Shown here in pieces: positions 38,824 to 53,041 of a DNA stretch of 64,000 nucleotides. Position 1 is the stretch's first letter. Each line of letters opens with the position of its first letter. The position numbers and the translations under genes are program-made. Origin of the DNA: Octopus sinensis (lineage: Eukaryota). Location of the stretch: the NCBI RefSeq assembly GCF_006345805.1, contig NC_043002.1:40672001-40736000 (forward strand). The letters are read 5' to 3'. The notes below the pieces were generated by a model. The model was not told the origin of the DNA. It saw nothing but the letters and a program-made list of their open reading frames with translations, and searched no databases.

Positions 38824-39848
38824 TGTGTAAGCACTCTGAGAGAAAAGTTGGATTTAAGAAGCATCAGATGTGGTGTGCAAGAGAGATGACTGCGCTGATA
38901 TGGTCATGTGCTGCGAATGAATGAGGACAGCTGTGTGAAAAAGTGTCACACCCTAGCTGTTGAGGGAACCTATGGAAGAGGTAGACCCAGGAAAACCTTT
39001 GAACATTGGGCCTTAGCGAGGCAATGATTGTGACCGAGACCTTTGGAGATATGCTGTGCTTGAGAAGACCCAACAAGCCAAGTGAGACCATAGCCTGTGG
39101 CCCATGCCAGTGGGTGTAACCAACCCACTTATGGATACCCCTCATTCATTGGACAATTAACTTTGCTTGCGAAGACCTATTGAGGCAAGTTAAATCAAAA
39201 TCAAAATTGCTGACCTGGCCAATGACAGTACTGCCTGATTGGCACTCGTGCTAGTGGAACATTAAAAGCACATCCGAATGTGGGGTGTAATCGGCCCACT
39301 TATGAGTTCACCTCATTCATTGGACAATGAACTTTGCTTGTGAAGACCTATTGAGGTAAGTGAAAACAAATCAAAATCGCTGATATTGCCAATGACAGTA
39401 CCACCTGATTGGTACTCGTGCCAGTGGAACATTAAAAGCACATCTGAGCATGATTGTTGCCAGGGCCACGGAGTGGCTCCTGTGCTGGTGGCACATAAAA
39501 AGCACCATTCGAGTGTGATTGTTGCTAGTGTCGCCTTACTGGCACATGAAAAGCAACATTCGAGCATGGTTGTTGCCAGTGCCACTGGAGTGGCTCCCGT
39601 GCAGGAGCACATAAAAAACACTGTTTGAGCATGGTCATTGCTAGAACTGCCTGACTGGCCCTCGTGCTAGTGGCACATAAAAGCACCCACTACACTCTTG
39701 GAGTGGTTGGCATTAGGAAGGGTGTCCAGCTGTAGAAACTTTGCCAGATGAGATTGAGCCTGGTGCAGCCTCTGGCACACCAGTCTTCAGTCAAACCATC
39801 CAACCCATGCCAGTATGGAAAGTGGAAGTTAAACGATGATGATGATGA
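38824..39848 (+). mobile_element. RTE LINE 3' end with expanded 3' UTR
   Basis: IRCGVQER..R*YGHVLRM..., a duplicated ~170-bp block, repeated GGCACATAAAAAGCAC units and an AAACGATGATG tail. Confidence 0.85.
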
Positions 39849-40065
39849 TATATAAATATATACCTACATATACATACATATATATATACATATATACATA
39901 CATACATATATATACACATATACATACATATATATATACACATATACATACATATATATATATATATACACACATACATATATATACAATATACATACAT
40001 ATATATATACACATATACATACATATATATATATACACATATACATACATATATATAATACACAT

Positions 40066-40148
<83 letters not shown>

Positions 40149-40338
40149 TATATATATATACATATATACATTATATATATATCATACATATATACATATA
40201 TTATATATACATATATACATACATATATCATATAATACATACATATATACATATATACATACATATATACATACATATATACATATATACATACATATAT
40301 ACATATATACATACATATATACATACATATATATATAT

Positions 40339-40383
<45 letters not shown>

Positions 40384-40720
40384 CATACACACCCATATAT
40401 ATATATATACACATATACATAATATTATACACATACGTACATAATACATATATATATATATATACATATTTATATACATACGTACATACTTTATGTATAT
40501 ATATACATACATATTTATATACATACGTACATACATATATATATATATATACATACATATTTATATACATACGTACATATATATACATACATATATACAT
40601 ACATATATACATACATATGCAAACATACTTATATGTACATACATACATATTTATATATATACTTACATACATATATATACATACTACATACATACACATA
40701 TATACATTACATACATACAC

Positions 40721-40751
<31 letters not shown>

Positions 40752-41075
40752 TATATATATATATATACATACATATATATATATATATATATAACATATA
40801 TATATGTACATATATACACACATAGATATATACATCCATATATATATATATACATATATAACACACACACACACACATATATATATATACTTCCATATAT
40901 ATATACATATATACACACACACACACACACATATATTTACATCCATATATATATATACATATATACACACACACATATATATACACACACACACCATATA
41001 TATATATATACACACACACCACACACACATATATATATATATATATACATACATACATACACAAATATATAATGC
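39849..41075. repeat. ~1.2-kb compound TA/TACA/CA microsatellite
   Basis: Directly visible; it produces the spurious long Y/I/M/C-rich ORFs. Confidence 0.97.
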
Positions 41076-41789
41076 ATATAATATTTGTAAAGAAACCAGA
41101 AAGACATCAATTTAGAAAATGTATATTATTATGATACATTATTATACAGTTATATATTTGTGTGTGCATATGTATACATTTATACATATATATATAAAAA
41201 TATATATATACACACACATACACACATATATATACATACAATATATAGATACATATACTACACACATACACGCACAAGCATGCACATAAACATACTCCTG
41301 CTAGTATAATCATACAGGTTCTTTTTGTTTCAGTGTTTGCATTGCCTTATATTTCCCTCTTTCTGGACGCTGCCTCTGTATCCATGATTTCATTAATTGA
41401 ATACATGTGAAGTTATGTACCTAGCAACACATACATCTTCCGTTACTATTATCATATTTGTTTACTTTCGTTCGATGTCGTAATGTTTGCGATAGATTAT
41501 GAATATTTTTGGTGCTCACTCAGGCTTCATCTCTTACAAAGACTGGATCGCGTGAAAAATTCCGAAGTTCCTTATGCATTTGAAGTACATAGATTTTATT
41601 TTAGAGATCATTTTAGAAAAATATAATGACTAAAAATTCGAACCTGTGTGCATGTGTTAAAATTAGAATGTAAATATACATGTGCATATGTGCACTAGAA
41701 AATAGACATACAAATAGACAGATCTACAGACAAATTGTCAGAGAGAAAGATGGGGAGAGAGAGACAGACAGACAAACAGGCAGAAAGAC

Positions 41790-41836
41790 AGACTGGCTGA
41801 TAGATAGATAGATATGATAGATAGATTGATAGATAT

Positions 41837-41900
<64 letters not shown>

Positions 41901-41921
41901 TGATAGATAGATATGATAGAT

Positions 41922-41966
<45 letters not shown>

Positions 41967-42057
41967 TGATAGATATGATAGATATGATAGATAGAAAGAT
42001 AGATAGATAGATAGAAAGACATATGATAGATAGATAGATAGACAGACAGACAGATAT

Positions 42058-42103
<46 letters not shown>

Positions 42104-42143
42104 GAGATAGATATGATAGATAGATAGACAGATAGACAGATAT

Positions 42144-42224
<81 letters not shown>

Positions 42225-42250
42225 GGATATGATAGATAGATAGATAGACT
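41790..42250. repeat. (GATA)n / (GATAT)n microsatellite
   Basis: Directly visible. Confidence 0.97.
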
Positions 42251-42458
42251 GTCGTTTAGATAGCCAGTAAGATCATTAAACAAACCGTGGGAGACAGACA
42301 CACAGAAAGATAGACAAACAGGGTAAGGTAAATAGAGTGAGAAACAGATTAGTCAGGCAGGCTAATATACAGACAATTGAGAGACCAATAAATTGGCTAA
42401 TAAAGAGGTGGACAGATAGATGTATATAAAGAGGAACAGACAACCAAATATATATATA

Positions 42459-43367
42459 TTGGGTCATCCCATAAATAATGTGGTGTTTTTATACTTTTTT
42501 TTCATTTTTTAAATTAAGATAAACAAAGTTCTTTTTTAATCTAAAATATACTCTTCATCATTTTCTTCCATCTATCTGGTAAACTTGCAAGGCCCCTCTT
42601 CTAAAATTCACTTGTTTGTGATGAAAAGTACTTCTCCAGTACTGTTCTAACCTCGTCTACAGAATTCATGTTTTTTCCATCCAAATGATTTTGAAGACTG
42701 TGGTATAAATGATAATCAGATGGGATAATATCTAGCGAATATGGTGGGTGTTAGGTGGGGCATCGTTTCCCATTCAAACTGCTCCAACCTTTGGAATGTC
42801 ATCCTCACTGTATGTGGCCAAGCTTTATCCTGATAGAAGAACACCTTTTGTCTTGAAATTAAAGATTTTTGTTCTTCTTCTAGCACTGATTCAAATGACT
42901 GGTTAAATGACCAAATTCGAGCTTCTCTGCTAGTTCCTCAACAGTTACAATGGGATTTTATTCCACTAGTGTTTGCAGGACGTCTTTGTTGAGCTTTACT
43001 GATCTTCCAGGATGGGCTTGTCTTCTAGGCTGTAGTTTCTGGCTCAGAATTTCTGGAACCACCAACGACACTGGTTTACACTTATTGTCTGATCCCCATA
43101 TACTGCATTAATATTCCTTGCACTTTCCATTGCTTTGTCGCCTTTATTGAACTCATAATGCCAAATATGCTCCTTTGTCAATTCCATTATAGCTTTGAAA
43201 AAATAACTGTTAAAATCGAACTGCACTCTTCAAAACTTGTACTAAGAATATGTACAAGGTGAAATTACTACTACTTTTATAGTAAGTTGATGCAGGTAGT
43301 TTATCCTGTCCCTCTCCGACTTTTAGTTCATGCAATTGAAAAAAACCCACATTATCTATGGGATGAT

Positions 43368-43371
<4 letters not shown>
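42459..43371 (-). mobile_element. internally deleted mariner with both TIRs
   Basis: TIRs TTGGGTCATCCCATAAATAATG / ATTATCTATGGGATGATCCTA, TA on both sides; MELTKEHIWHYEFNKG..A..SARNINAVYGDQ..S..QCRWWFQKF from 43187, and LHQDKAWPH. Confidence 0.9.
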
Positions 43372-43402
<31 letters not shown>

Positions 43403-44929
43403 ATATTTGTAAATAGCAAGAGATTACTCCAAATGTTTACTTCGTAATAATCCTTATTATTATTATTGTTGATATATATATGTCATCATCATCATTGTTT
43501 AATGGACATATTGGCTGAGGAACAGAGAGGAGGCAACTGCCTTCCCAAACTCAGACAAAGCTGTGGAGAAAATTCAAGTAAAGCTAGAATAAAAGAAAAT
43601 AGAGTAAAGAAAGCAAGATTTACAAATTATCAATAGTAGCAAACTGGATGACATTAAATAGTTAACCAATTTTCTTGTTAAATTGCATCTGGTAATGGGA
43701 CTCTGTTTCAGGAGATCCAGAGTTTTGAGGAGTGTGGAACCACCTCTTAGTCACTGATGTTCCCAGATTTGCTCTGACTCCAAATAGTAACACCTGTCAA
43801 GATTTTACCCATCTATGGGTAAAATAACATGTAACCACTTGAGCCACAGATGGCTGAAATCATGAGATGCAACATGGTGGATGTGAACTATTTCAACAAA
43901 TGAACTTATTAGGTCAATGGTGAATACCATTAAAAGGTGAGTGGATGAACAGTCAGGAAACTGAGTATAGCCAGGACCAACCAGTTCAATTAGCAAACTA
44001 CTGCTGTCATGTGTAGTGATGATCTGGGCAGATGAGACATTCAGTTATCAAAAGACCAACATGATTTATTGGTCCAGGCAAGTCACCCAAATGGATAATG
44101 ATGAAATATCCTTCTTAAATTGATAACCCCTATTTGTTTGTTTTTTTACAGGTGTACCAGAATTAACCCAATGTCAACTATTTCTCCAAGCTAACTCACT
44201 TGTTACAATCCATTTTTGTTCATTAGAGAGTTCAAGGGCTCTGAAGAGTAGTTATTGCTTATCATCAAGTGATACAGCAGACATGGCCTCTCACTGATCA
44301 CTGGCAAAAACTTCTTTCTCTGACCTAGTACCAAAGCCGTATCAAGATTAAAAATTGCAAGCTATTTGATCATAATTAAAACTTATCTTAGTCCTCAACT
44401 GCAGCGTTCCTCAGGTTGGTCTCAATAGTTTCGATACCTAACACTATACTTCAATAGAATACACCTTTCACTGTCTCTATACCTTTATCCCATGGGACCA
44501 AGATGCTGGAACCAAGGATGGTGCGGGACTGATCAAAGCAATGGGTCAACAGCAAAAATGTGGATGCTTTCCCTTTTTAAAAAAACAATTTAATTACAGG
44601 AAATCCTGGAGCTTTTCAATGTTTCCGAATTTAATTTTGGTGTGACAAGGTACAAGCTTGAGGGATGTAAAGCTAATCTTGCTAGCTCTAAAATCTATTT
44701 ATAATAATGTTGATCAGCACTACATGGGTTGCACTCCCGAATGTGTGTACTATTCTTGCCAGACACCTAATCCAAACTATGTACACTTGATATCATCATG
44801 GAAAACCATGCAAAATGTTCATACATAGCGACACTTATTTTTAAAAACTAAAACAAACAAAAAATAAAATTTAAAAAAATCTAGCTCTTAAAAGCAGAGA
44901 AATTGTCATCAGCAGATTGTGATGAAATG

Positions 44930-46540
44930 AATAGAGTAATGAGCAAACACAAAACAAGGTGTTGATGTAGCATGAAACTGAAAGTTCAGGAAAATATTAT
45001 TGAAACCTTATAGTTCACTACACAACAAAACTCAGCTGGGTCATGCATAGAAGTGGAGTAATTTTGATGAAATTTCCATTATTAATCTCCCTAGGTGAGA
45101 GAAAAACTGAAAAGTCAGTTAAATGCACACATACAGCAGACTTCACCTATTAGCTGAGTCTGTGTTAGCCATCATGACAAAAGATGTGTTGAAGTGTTTG
45201 GGATATTCTATTATTATTATTGTTGAAACAGCAGTGATGAGCAAGTTGGAATATGCTGCAGAATTATTATTGAAGAGAAATCAAGGAGCTTTTCCATTTT
45301 TATATAACTCTGTCTATGGAAGGAAATTTTTTGTATGAGTTAACCAAAAATGTATTGAGGAAGCTGGAGCTGAAATTTGACGAAATTGTTGAAAAATGTT
45401 TTGTTGTTACAGCAAACAAGAACTGCATTTATAGCGATTTGGCAACAAAAATAAAAGAGTCCATTCTGCTTGCCTTCTGTGTCTCTGGTATGGGCATTTT
45501 CTAAATCTTACTTACTATTCAAGACACAACAGCAGATTCAGTAACTCTGCAGCTTTCTAGAAGCAAACTCCAAAAGACAAGCACTCTTCAAAGGCACCAT
45601 GGTTGATAGAGAACAAACCTCAGACACATCTCTCTCATTATATAACAAAGTGGTCTTGTAGCCACAAAGAAGTAAGAGCCATGTAAGAGCAGTTATCTTA
45701 TATCATATGGACATTTTTTGACCTGATAAATGATCGATATCCCCAAAATAAATACTGGTAGTATTGCATTATTGAATGCCATGTGAGATTTTGACTTCTT
45801 AATTGGATTGGTTGTGCTGAAAATAATACAAACACAAACTGCTGCAAAAAATACCTCCAGGGAGATCATATAGACACTTTAACAACTAGACACTTGGAAA
45901 TACACTAAAAAGTTGGGTGGAACTATCAAAGAAATCATTCGCATCACATAATTGTAATTCAAGAAAGCATTGGTTGGTGATTCAGTAACATAAGTGCCAT
46001 GCATTCAAACCGGATGAAAGGTTTCTATCATATATCCTCCTATAATTTCAGTTTAATTTCAGTAAAAGTTAGTGTGGAAATGGGCTCATGATTTCATGGT
46101 AATGACCAAAACACATGTGAATAATAACTTTGTTATTTGCAATGCTGGAGAGTCAAAATACTTAGATGAGCACCATCAACTTATTGCATTACATAATAAT
46201 GTTGATTTGGATAACCTAAAAGTAGAAAACGTAATCTATCCAAAGTTTTTCATGGATCATAGGCATTCACAAGATACGCAAGTACTTGCTTGGCTGAACT
46301 GTTAACAGGAGTAATCTTCATAGGATACAACCAGTCTTCTATAAAACCACTGGTACCTTGGCATCCATAGCCATTTTATTATGCTGTGCTGAGCTTTCCT
46401 TCCACATAAGCAGATGCATGAAGATATGTGGAAACAAATATGAAGATTGCAATGGCACAAACAGTTGGCCAAATATGATGAACATACAATTGACATTTTT
46501 GTTGTTGAAAAAAAAACACAGGATGCAATATTTCTTTTAG
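44930..46540 (+). pseudogene. highly degenerate hAT-family transposase
   Basis: Scattered motifs: DLATKIKESILLAFCV, ITKWSCSHKEVRA (TRW.SR..AV-like), CCAELSFHISRCMK (SCERSFS..K.IK-like dimerization domain). Confidence 0.5.
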
Positions 46541-46627
46541 GGTATACATTGTGTGATTTGGACTATCTGTGTATTGATGGCTGATAAAAAGTAATTTCAA
46601 CAGGAATTAGTATTCAGATTTTTATCT

Positions 46628-47034
46628 ACTCTTTACTCTTTTACTTGTTTCAGTCATTTGACTGCAGCCATGCTGGAGCACTGCCTTTAGTCGAGCAAAT
46701 CGACCCCAGGACTTATTTTTTGTAAGTCCTATACTTATTCTATCGGTCTCTTTTGCTGAACCGCTAAGTGACGGCGACGTAAACACACCAGCATCGGTTG
46801 TCAAGCAATGCTAGGGGGACAAGCACAGACACACAAACATACACACACACATATATATATATACATATATACGACGGGCTTCTTTCAGTTTCCGTCTACC
46901 AAATCCACTCACAAGGCTTTGGTCGGCCCGAGGCTATAGTAGAAGACACTTGCCCAACATGCCACGCAGTGGGACTGAACCTGGAACCATGTGGTTGGTA
47001 AGCAAGCTACTTACCACACAGCCACTCCTGCGCC
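46628..47034 (-). mobile_element. full-length young SINE family B
   Basis: Near-identical to 32663-33058 in reverse orientation. Confidence 0.9.
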
Positions 47035-47161
47035 CTGTGTAAAATTTTGGGCAAACCAAATTACTTTGTCCCACTTAACCAAAGACTCCAGACACTGTAT
47101 ATGTGTGTGTGTGTGTGTGTGTGTCTGTGTGTGTGTGTGTGTGTGTGCGTGTATGCGTATA

Positions 47162-47580
47162 GGTGCAGGCGTGGCTGTGTGGTAAGAAGCTTGCTTCCAA
47201 ACCACATGGTTCTGGTTCAGTCTCACTGTGTGGCACCTTGGGCAAGTGTCTTCTACTACAGCCTCAAGTCAACCAAAGATTTGTGAGTAGATTTGGAAGA
47301 CAGAAACTGAAAGAAGCTTGTCATGTTTAAAAATATGTGTTGGTGTGTGTGCACGTCTTTGCGCCAACATTTGTCCCACCACCACCACCACCACCATCAC
47401 AACTTGACAACTGGTGTTGGTATGCTTATGTCTCTGTAACCTAGCAGTTCAGCAACAGTGACTGATAGAATAAGTACCAGGTTTAAAAGTAAGTACTGGG
47501 GATAAATTGATTCAACTAAAATTCTTCAAGGTGGTGCCCCAGCATGGCCACAGTCTAATGACTGAAACAAGCAAAACACA
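47162..47580 (+). mobile_element. SINE family B
   Basis: Full head, body and tail; divergently oriented relative to the copy at 46628. Confidence 0.85.
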
Positions 47581-48890
47581 AAAGATATTATCGGTGCAGG
47601 TGGGAGTGTGGTTTAAAAGCTTGCTTCTCAGTTATGTATAGTCTTAGATTCAATCCCACTGCAAGGCACCTTGGGCAAGTGTCTTCTACTATAGCCCCAT
47701 GCCAACCAAAAGTCTGTGATTATGGCAGAAGACACTTTAAACAAGGTGCCTCTCAGTGGAGCTTAACCCAAAACCACTTGGTTGCAAAGTAAGCTTCTGA
47801 ACCACACAACAGCAACAATAACAACAACAAAAAATTACTAGTATAAGCAAAGCTTTATGAAGGTGGAATTAATTATATACACACTAAGCAGCAATTATTA
47901 AAAAAAAAAAAACTGTGTACATATTCAACACGCTTATGTACACTCAACACGGAAAGACACTTGCTACAGAAATTGTTTCAGAAAAGATATTTTTCTTATA
48001 GATTATGTGTGTAAAAACACATCAAGCTGGGCTCTGAATGACGTCATCAGACGTCATTTTATTCCAGCTTACCAAAGCTTTGCATATGTGTATATGTATA
48101 AAATATATGCATAAAAAGACTATCTAGGCATACAAACACACAGACACACACACAAACTCACACACATACGAGTGAGTGGAACTCAATACACCTTGTAAAA
48201 GTTACATATATTATCTAATAACAGTTTGATTTAACTCTTTGAATCTTAATGCTTCATGGGCTCATAAAATGGACCTACCTCTTCAGGTTTGTGTGTGTGT
48301 GTGTGTGTGTAGACACACACACACATGTACATATACATGTATATAGATATACATATGTGTGTGTGTGTGTGTGTATCATTATCATCATCATCACCACTTA
48401 ACATCCGTTTTCCATGCTGGCATGGGTTGGACGGTTTGACTGAGGTCTGGAGAGCCAGTGGCTGCACCAGTCCCCAATCTGATCTGGCAATGTTTCTACA
48501 GCTGGATGCCCTTCCTAGCACCAACCACTCCGAGAGTGTAGTGGACTCTTTTTACATGTCACTGGCACAGGAGCCAGTCAGGCGGGCCTGGCATTGATCA
48601 GGTTCAGATAGTGCTTTTTATGTACCACTGGCACAGGAGCCAGTCAGGGGGTATTGGCATGAGCCATGTTTGAATGGTGCTTTTACATGCCACCGGCATG
48701 TATATATATACTTTTTGTATGTATGTGTGTGTATATATAGACTCAAATATATATATCATAATATATATATATATATAATTGTATAAAGATCGAGGGTAAG
48801 GCCATGAACAATGCAAGTCCACATTAATTCACATATTTTTCTTGTGATTTACCTTGCATTGTTTTTGGCCTTATCCACAATCTTTATACA

Positions 48891-48965
<75 letters not shown>

Positions 48966-50022
48966 CATATATACGTACGTACATACATACACACGCACAC
49001 ACATACATACATTTATTTATTTATATAAATGGATGGAAAATGCAGAGCCAGGAAGATGTGGAATGAAGTGCTGTATACTAATTTCAGGATGTTAAACCTT
49101 ATGGAAGAAACAGAAAAGTACTTAGATGGTATGAGGGTCCTCAAGACCCATCCATTAATACAAGCATGGAGAAACTGATGTTATGATAGAAGTATATTAT
49201 TTATGCACAAATATAGATCCCTCATCAAATATATTCCTGAAAAGTCCCTTTCTACCAGTCACCCTATAATTCATTCTCCCATCACCCTTCTATCTAATGC
49301 ATCATTCTGTTGCTGTACTTAATTCTTTCTACAATAGGCAGAAGGCTTGAAATTTTGTGGGGAGGGGCCAGTCAATTACAACGAATCCAGCACTGAACTT
49401 TTACTTAGTTTAGCAACTTTGAAAGGATAAAAAGCAAAGTCAACTCTGACAGCACTTAAACTCAGTATGTTAGGACAGTGAAGAAATGCTGCTAAGCAGT
49501 TTGGCGACATTGGTGACAATTCTGCCAACTTGCTGTAACTAATGAAAGCAAAACTCCATACTACATATCACATCAAGATACTTTCCGTACTGCCAGTCAT
49601 AATTTCGTTGTCTCTGAATACCTTTTCATCCTTCATTCTCGTCATCAACTACACCCACCTTTGATTGCATATTGACCAGCTTTGATACCTATTTAATTCA
49701 GCCCACTTCAAACACACTCAAGCAACTTTTATGCACCCTTCAAACACACTCAAGCACACTCAAGCAACTTTTATGCACCCTCAATTGTTCTGTCTGATTC
49801 TTCTAATCACCTTTTTGAACATGTTACCTTAATAGTACAATCTATCTCCTTGTCAACATCACCTTTATCTCTCTTTTTTTAATGACACTCCACCTAGCCT
49901 CACCCACCCATATACGAATTTGCTCTGAATATCCCTATTTTCTACCTACCCCACAGTCTATCTATAATATTCATTATGTATTATAGCACAATATACATAT
50001 ATTATATAATATATATTATATA

Positions 50023-50094
<72 letters not shown>

Positions 50095-50162
50095 TATGAA
50101 TATAATATATAACATAACATAATATTATATAGCATAAATAATTATAAAAACCATAACAGGCT

Positions 50163-50361
50163 AACAAATTGTTTCGATTTATATATTTTTTTTTTTCTGA
50201 TATACATAATCACAGTTCCATTATGTATAAAGTCACATCAGTGTCTTGGCTTTAGCATCTTGTCTTTTTCTAAACCCAAGACCCTGAAGTGACTTTATGT
50301 ATAATGGAACTGTGATTATGTATATCAGAAAAAATATATATAAGTCTAAACAGAATTTGTT
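50163..50361. repeat. foldback inverted repeat, ~92-bp arms with 14-nt spacer
   Basis: Arms 50163-50255 and 50270-50361 share TTTTTTCTGATATACATAATCACAGTTCCATTAT..ATAAAGTCAC.TCAG.GTCTTGG.TTTAG. Confidence 0.92.
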
Positions 50362-50834
50362 GAGGTATGTTTTCAATGGCTGGATGCTTTTCCAGTCACC
50401 AACACTCCAAGTAAGGTAATATTTCCCTGTGAACAGAGATGTTTACAAGAAGATCAGAAACAAACCACTTGTATGAAATTGACACTTGTTTACAATTATC
50501 ACATGATGTCAAGGCAAGAAGACATTAACACAAACATGCATACACACACAAACATATATATACATATATACTCAAAGTATGGGGGTTTAATTCATAAGTG
50601 ATCTAAATGATTAGGTATGCTAGTTAAGTGCTTTAATGAATTACTAGGGCTCCAAGGTTATAGCCATGACGATAGTTATGGAGCCATTGCAGATTTTCAA
50701 TGTAGTGGATATATAATAGTTTGGGGATATCCTAGAAACACCTGTAAGACTGAATTTTTTCCAATAATAATATATTGTATATAACTTGAGATGTTTGCCT
50801 TGCCTTAACGTTTGTTGTCCTCTTTAACAATTAT

Positions 50835-51215
50835 CATCATCATTTAACGTCCGTTCCCCATGCTCGCATGGGTTGGACAGTTCGACCGGGGATCTGGGAA
50901 CCAGAAGGCTGCACCAGGCTCCAGTCTGATCTGGCAGTGTTTCTACAGCTGGATGTCCTTCCTAACGCCAACCACTCCGTGAGTATAGTGGGTGCTTTTT
51001 ACGTGCCAGGCGAGGCTGGCAACGGCCACGATCAGATTGGTGCTTTTTACGTGCCACCGGCATGGAAGCCAGTCAAGGCGGAGCTGGCATCGGCCACGTT
51101 CGGATGGTGCTTTTTACATGGCACCGGCACGGAAGCCAGTCTAGGCGGCGCTGGCATCGGCCATGTTCGGATGGTGCTTTTTACGTGACACCGGCACAGG
51201 GATCACAACTGCAGT
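50835..51215 (-). mobile_element. RTE 3' UTR copy with 67-bp tandem units
   Basis: Tail CATCATCATTTAACGTCC; GGTGCTTTTTAC anchors at 50991, 51039, 51106 and 51173. Confidence 0.85.
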
Positions 51216-51699
51216 TTCCAGACAGTCAACTAATTCCACTCACAAGGCTTTGATCAGCCAAAGGCTATAGTAAAAGACACTTGTTCAAGGTGCCATTCAG
51301 TAGGACTGAACCCAGTTTGGAAGCAAACTTCTCACCACAAAGGCACACCTGTGCCAAGAAGAGACAATTACAATAGTTTCTAATTTAGATACAAGTCCAC
51401 AGCAACTTTGATATGAACAGTTAATCAATAACATCAACCCCCCACCCCAGTACTTGACAGCTACTTTACTTTATTGATCCCAGTGTGACGGAAGGCAAAG
51501 TTGACATTAGTAAGGCTTGAACTTATAACAACACAAAGAACCAGAAAAAAATAACTGAAAGAATTTCATCAATGTTGTAACGATCGTAGCAGCATGCTGT
51601 CCTACATTATACGTACATTAACACACACACACATATATTTATACATATATATAGTCCAACCCATGCTAGCATGGAGAACGGACGTTAAACGATGATGAT

Positions 51700-51720
51700 G
51701 ATATATATATACATATATTT

Positions 51721-51760
<40 letters not shown>

Positions 51761-52047
51761 AATATTTATACACACACATATATATATACATATATTTATA
51801 CACATATATATAAACATATATTTATACACATATATATAACATATACACATATATTTATATACATATATTCATATATTTATACACACATATATATACATAC
51901 ATATATATATACATACATACATATATATATACATACATATATACATACATATATATATATACATACATACATATATACATACATACATATATACATACAT
52001 ACATATATACATACATACATATATACATACATATATATATACATACA

Positions 52048-52119
<72 letters not shown>

Positions 52120-52289
52120 CATACATATATATACATACATACATATATATACATACATATATACATATATATATACATACATACATATATATATACATAC
52201 ATATATACATATATATATACATACATATATACATATATATATACATACATATATACATATATATATACATACATATATACATATATATA

Positions 52290-52343
<54 letters not shown>

Positions 52344-52515
52344 CATATATATATATACATACATACACATATATATATACATACATAATACATATATATA
52401 TAATACATACATATATATACATATATATATATAACATACATACATATATGTGTGTGTGTATATATATATTTATATGTATGTATGTATGCATGTACGTATG
52501 TATGTATGTACGTAT
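51700..52515. repeat. ~0.8-kb (TACA/TA)n microsatellite
   Basis: Directly visible. Confidence 0.97.
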
Positions 52516-52613
52516 ATGTCAACAGTAGCAACATTGTTTTCATGTCTGTTTCTCCAAGCTTGTGTGGATTAAATAACTATTACCACAGCACCATATCAGT
52601 GTGTACTCTAAAT

Positions 52614-52801
52614 CAGAACTTTGCAACCTTTTTCCACTTGCGGTACACTTATATTCTTTTCAAAATTTGGCGGCACAACTGAACTAAAAATATAACTAAA
52701 AGTATAAGGGGGAAAAAATGATATTCATGTTACACTGCAGTGCACCTAGCATCGTCTCGTGACACACAAGTGTGCCGCGGCATACCGGTTGCGGAGCACT
52801 G
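52614..52801. mobile_element. hAT-type MITE
   Basis: 15-bp TIRs CAGAACTTTGCAACC / GGTTGCGGAGCACTG (11 of 15 match); 8-bp flanks CTCTAAAT and CCGTAAAT (6 of 8) fit a hAT target-site duplication. Confidence 0.65.
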
Positions 52802-52978
52802 CCGTAAATAAAAGGACATACATGGTGTATACACACACACATATATATAATTAAATGAAAATATGGGTTTGAGTATGGGGTATATGGCTATATATATAAT
52901 ACATACTGCATACTTTAAAGACTTACACATACACAAACATATACGCATCTATTATATGTGTAATATATGTGTATGCGT

Positions 52979-53041
<63 letters not shown>

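Noticed and set aside
39791-41115. Long ORFs up to 309 aa (also 38027-38480, 41738-42301, 51692-52543, 53684-54070)
   Set aside because: They are translations of TA/CA/GATA microsatellites (Y/I/H/T/M/C/V/L/S only), with no coding signal.
44150-44300. Strong plus-strand acceptor TTTTTTACAG
   Set aside because: All frames terminate and no donor was found; unsupported as a coding exon.
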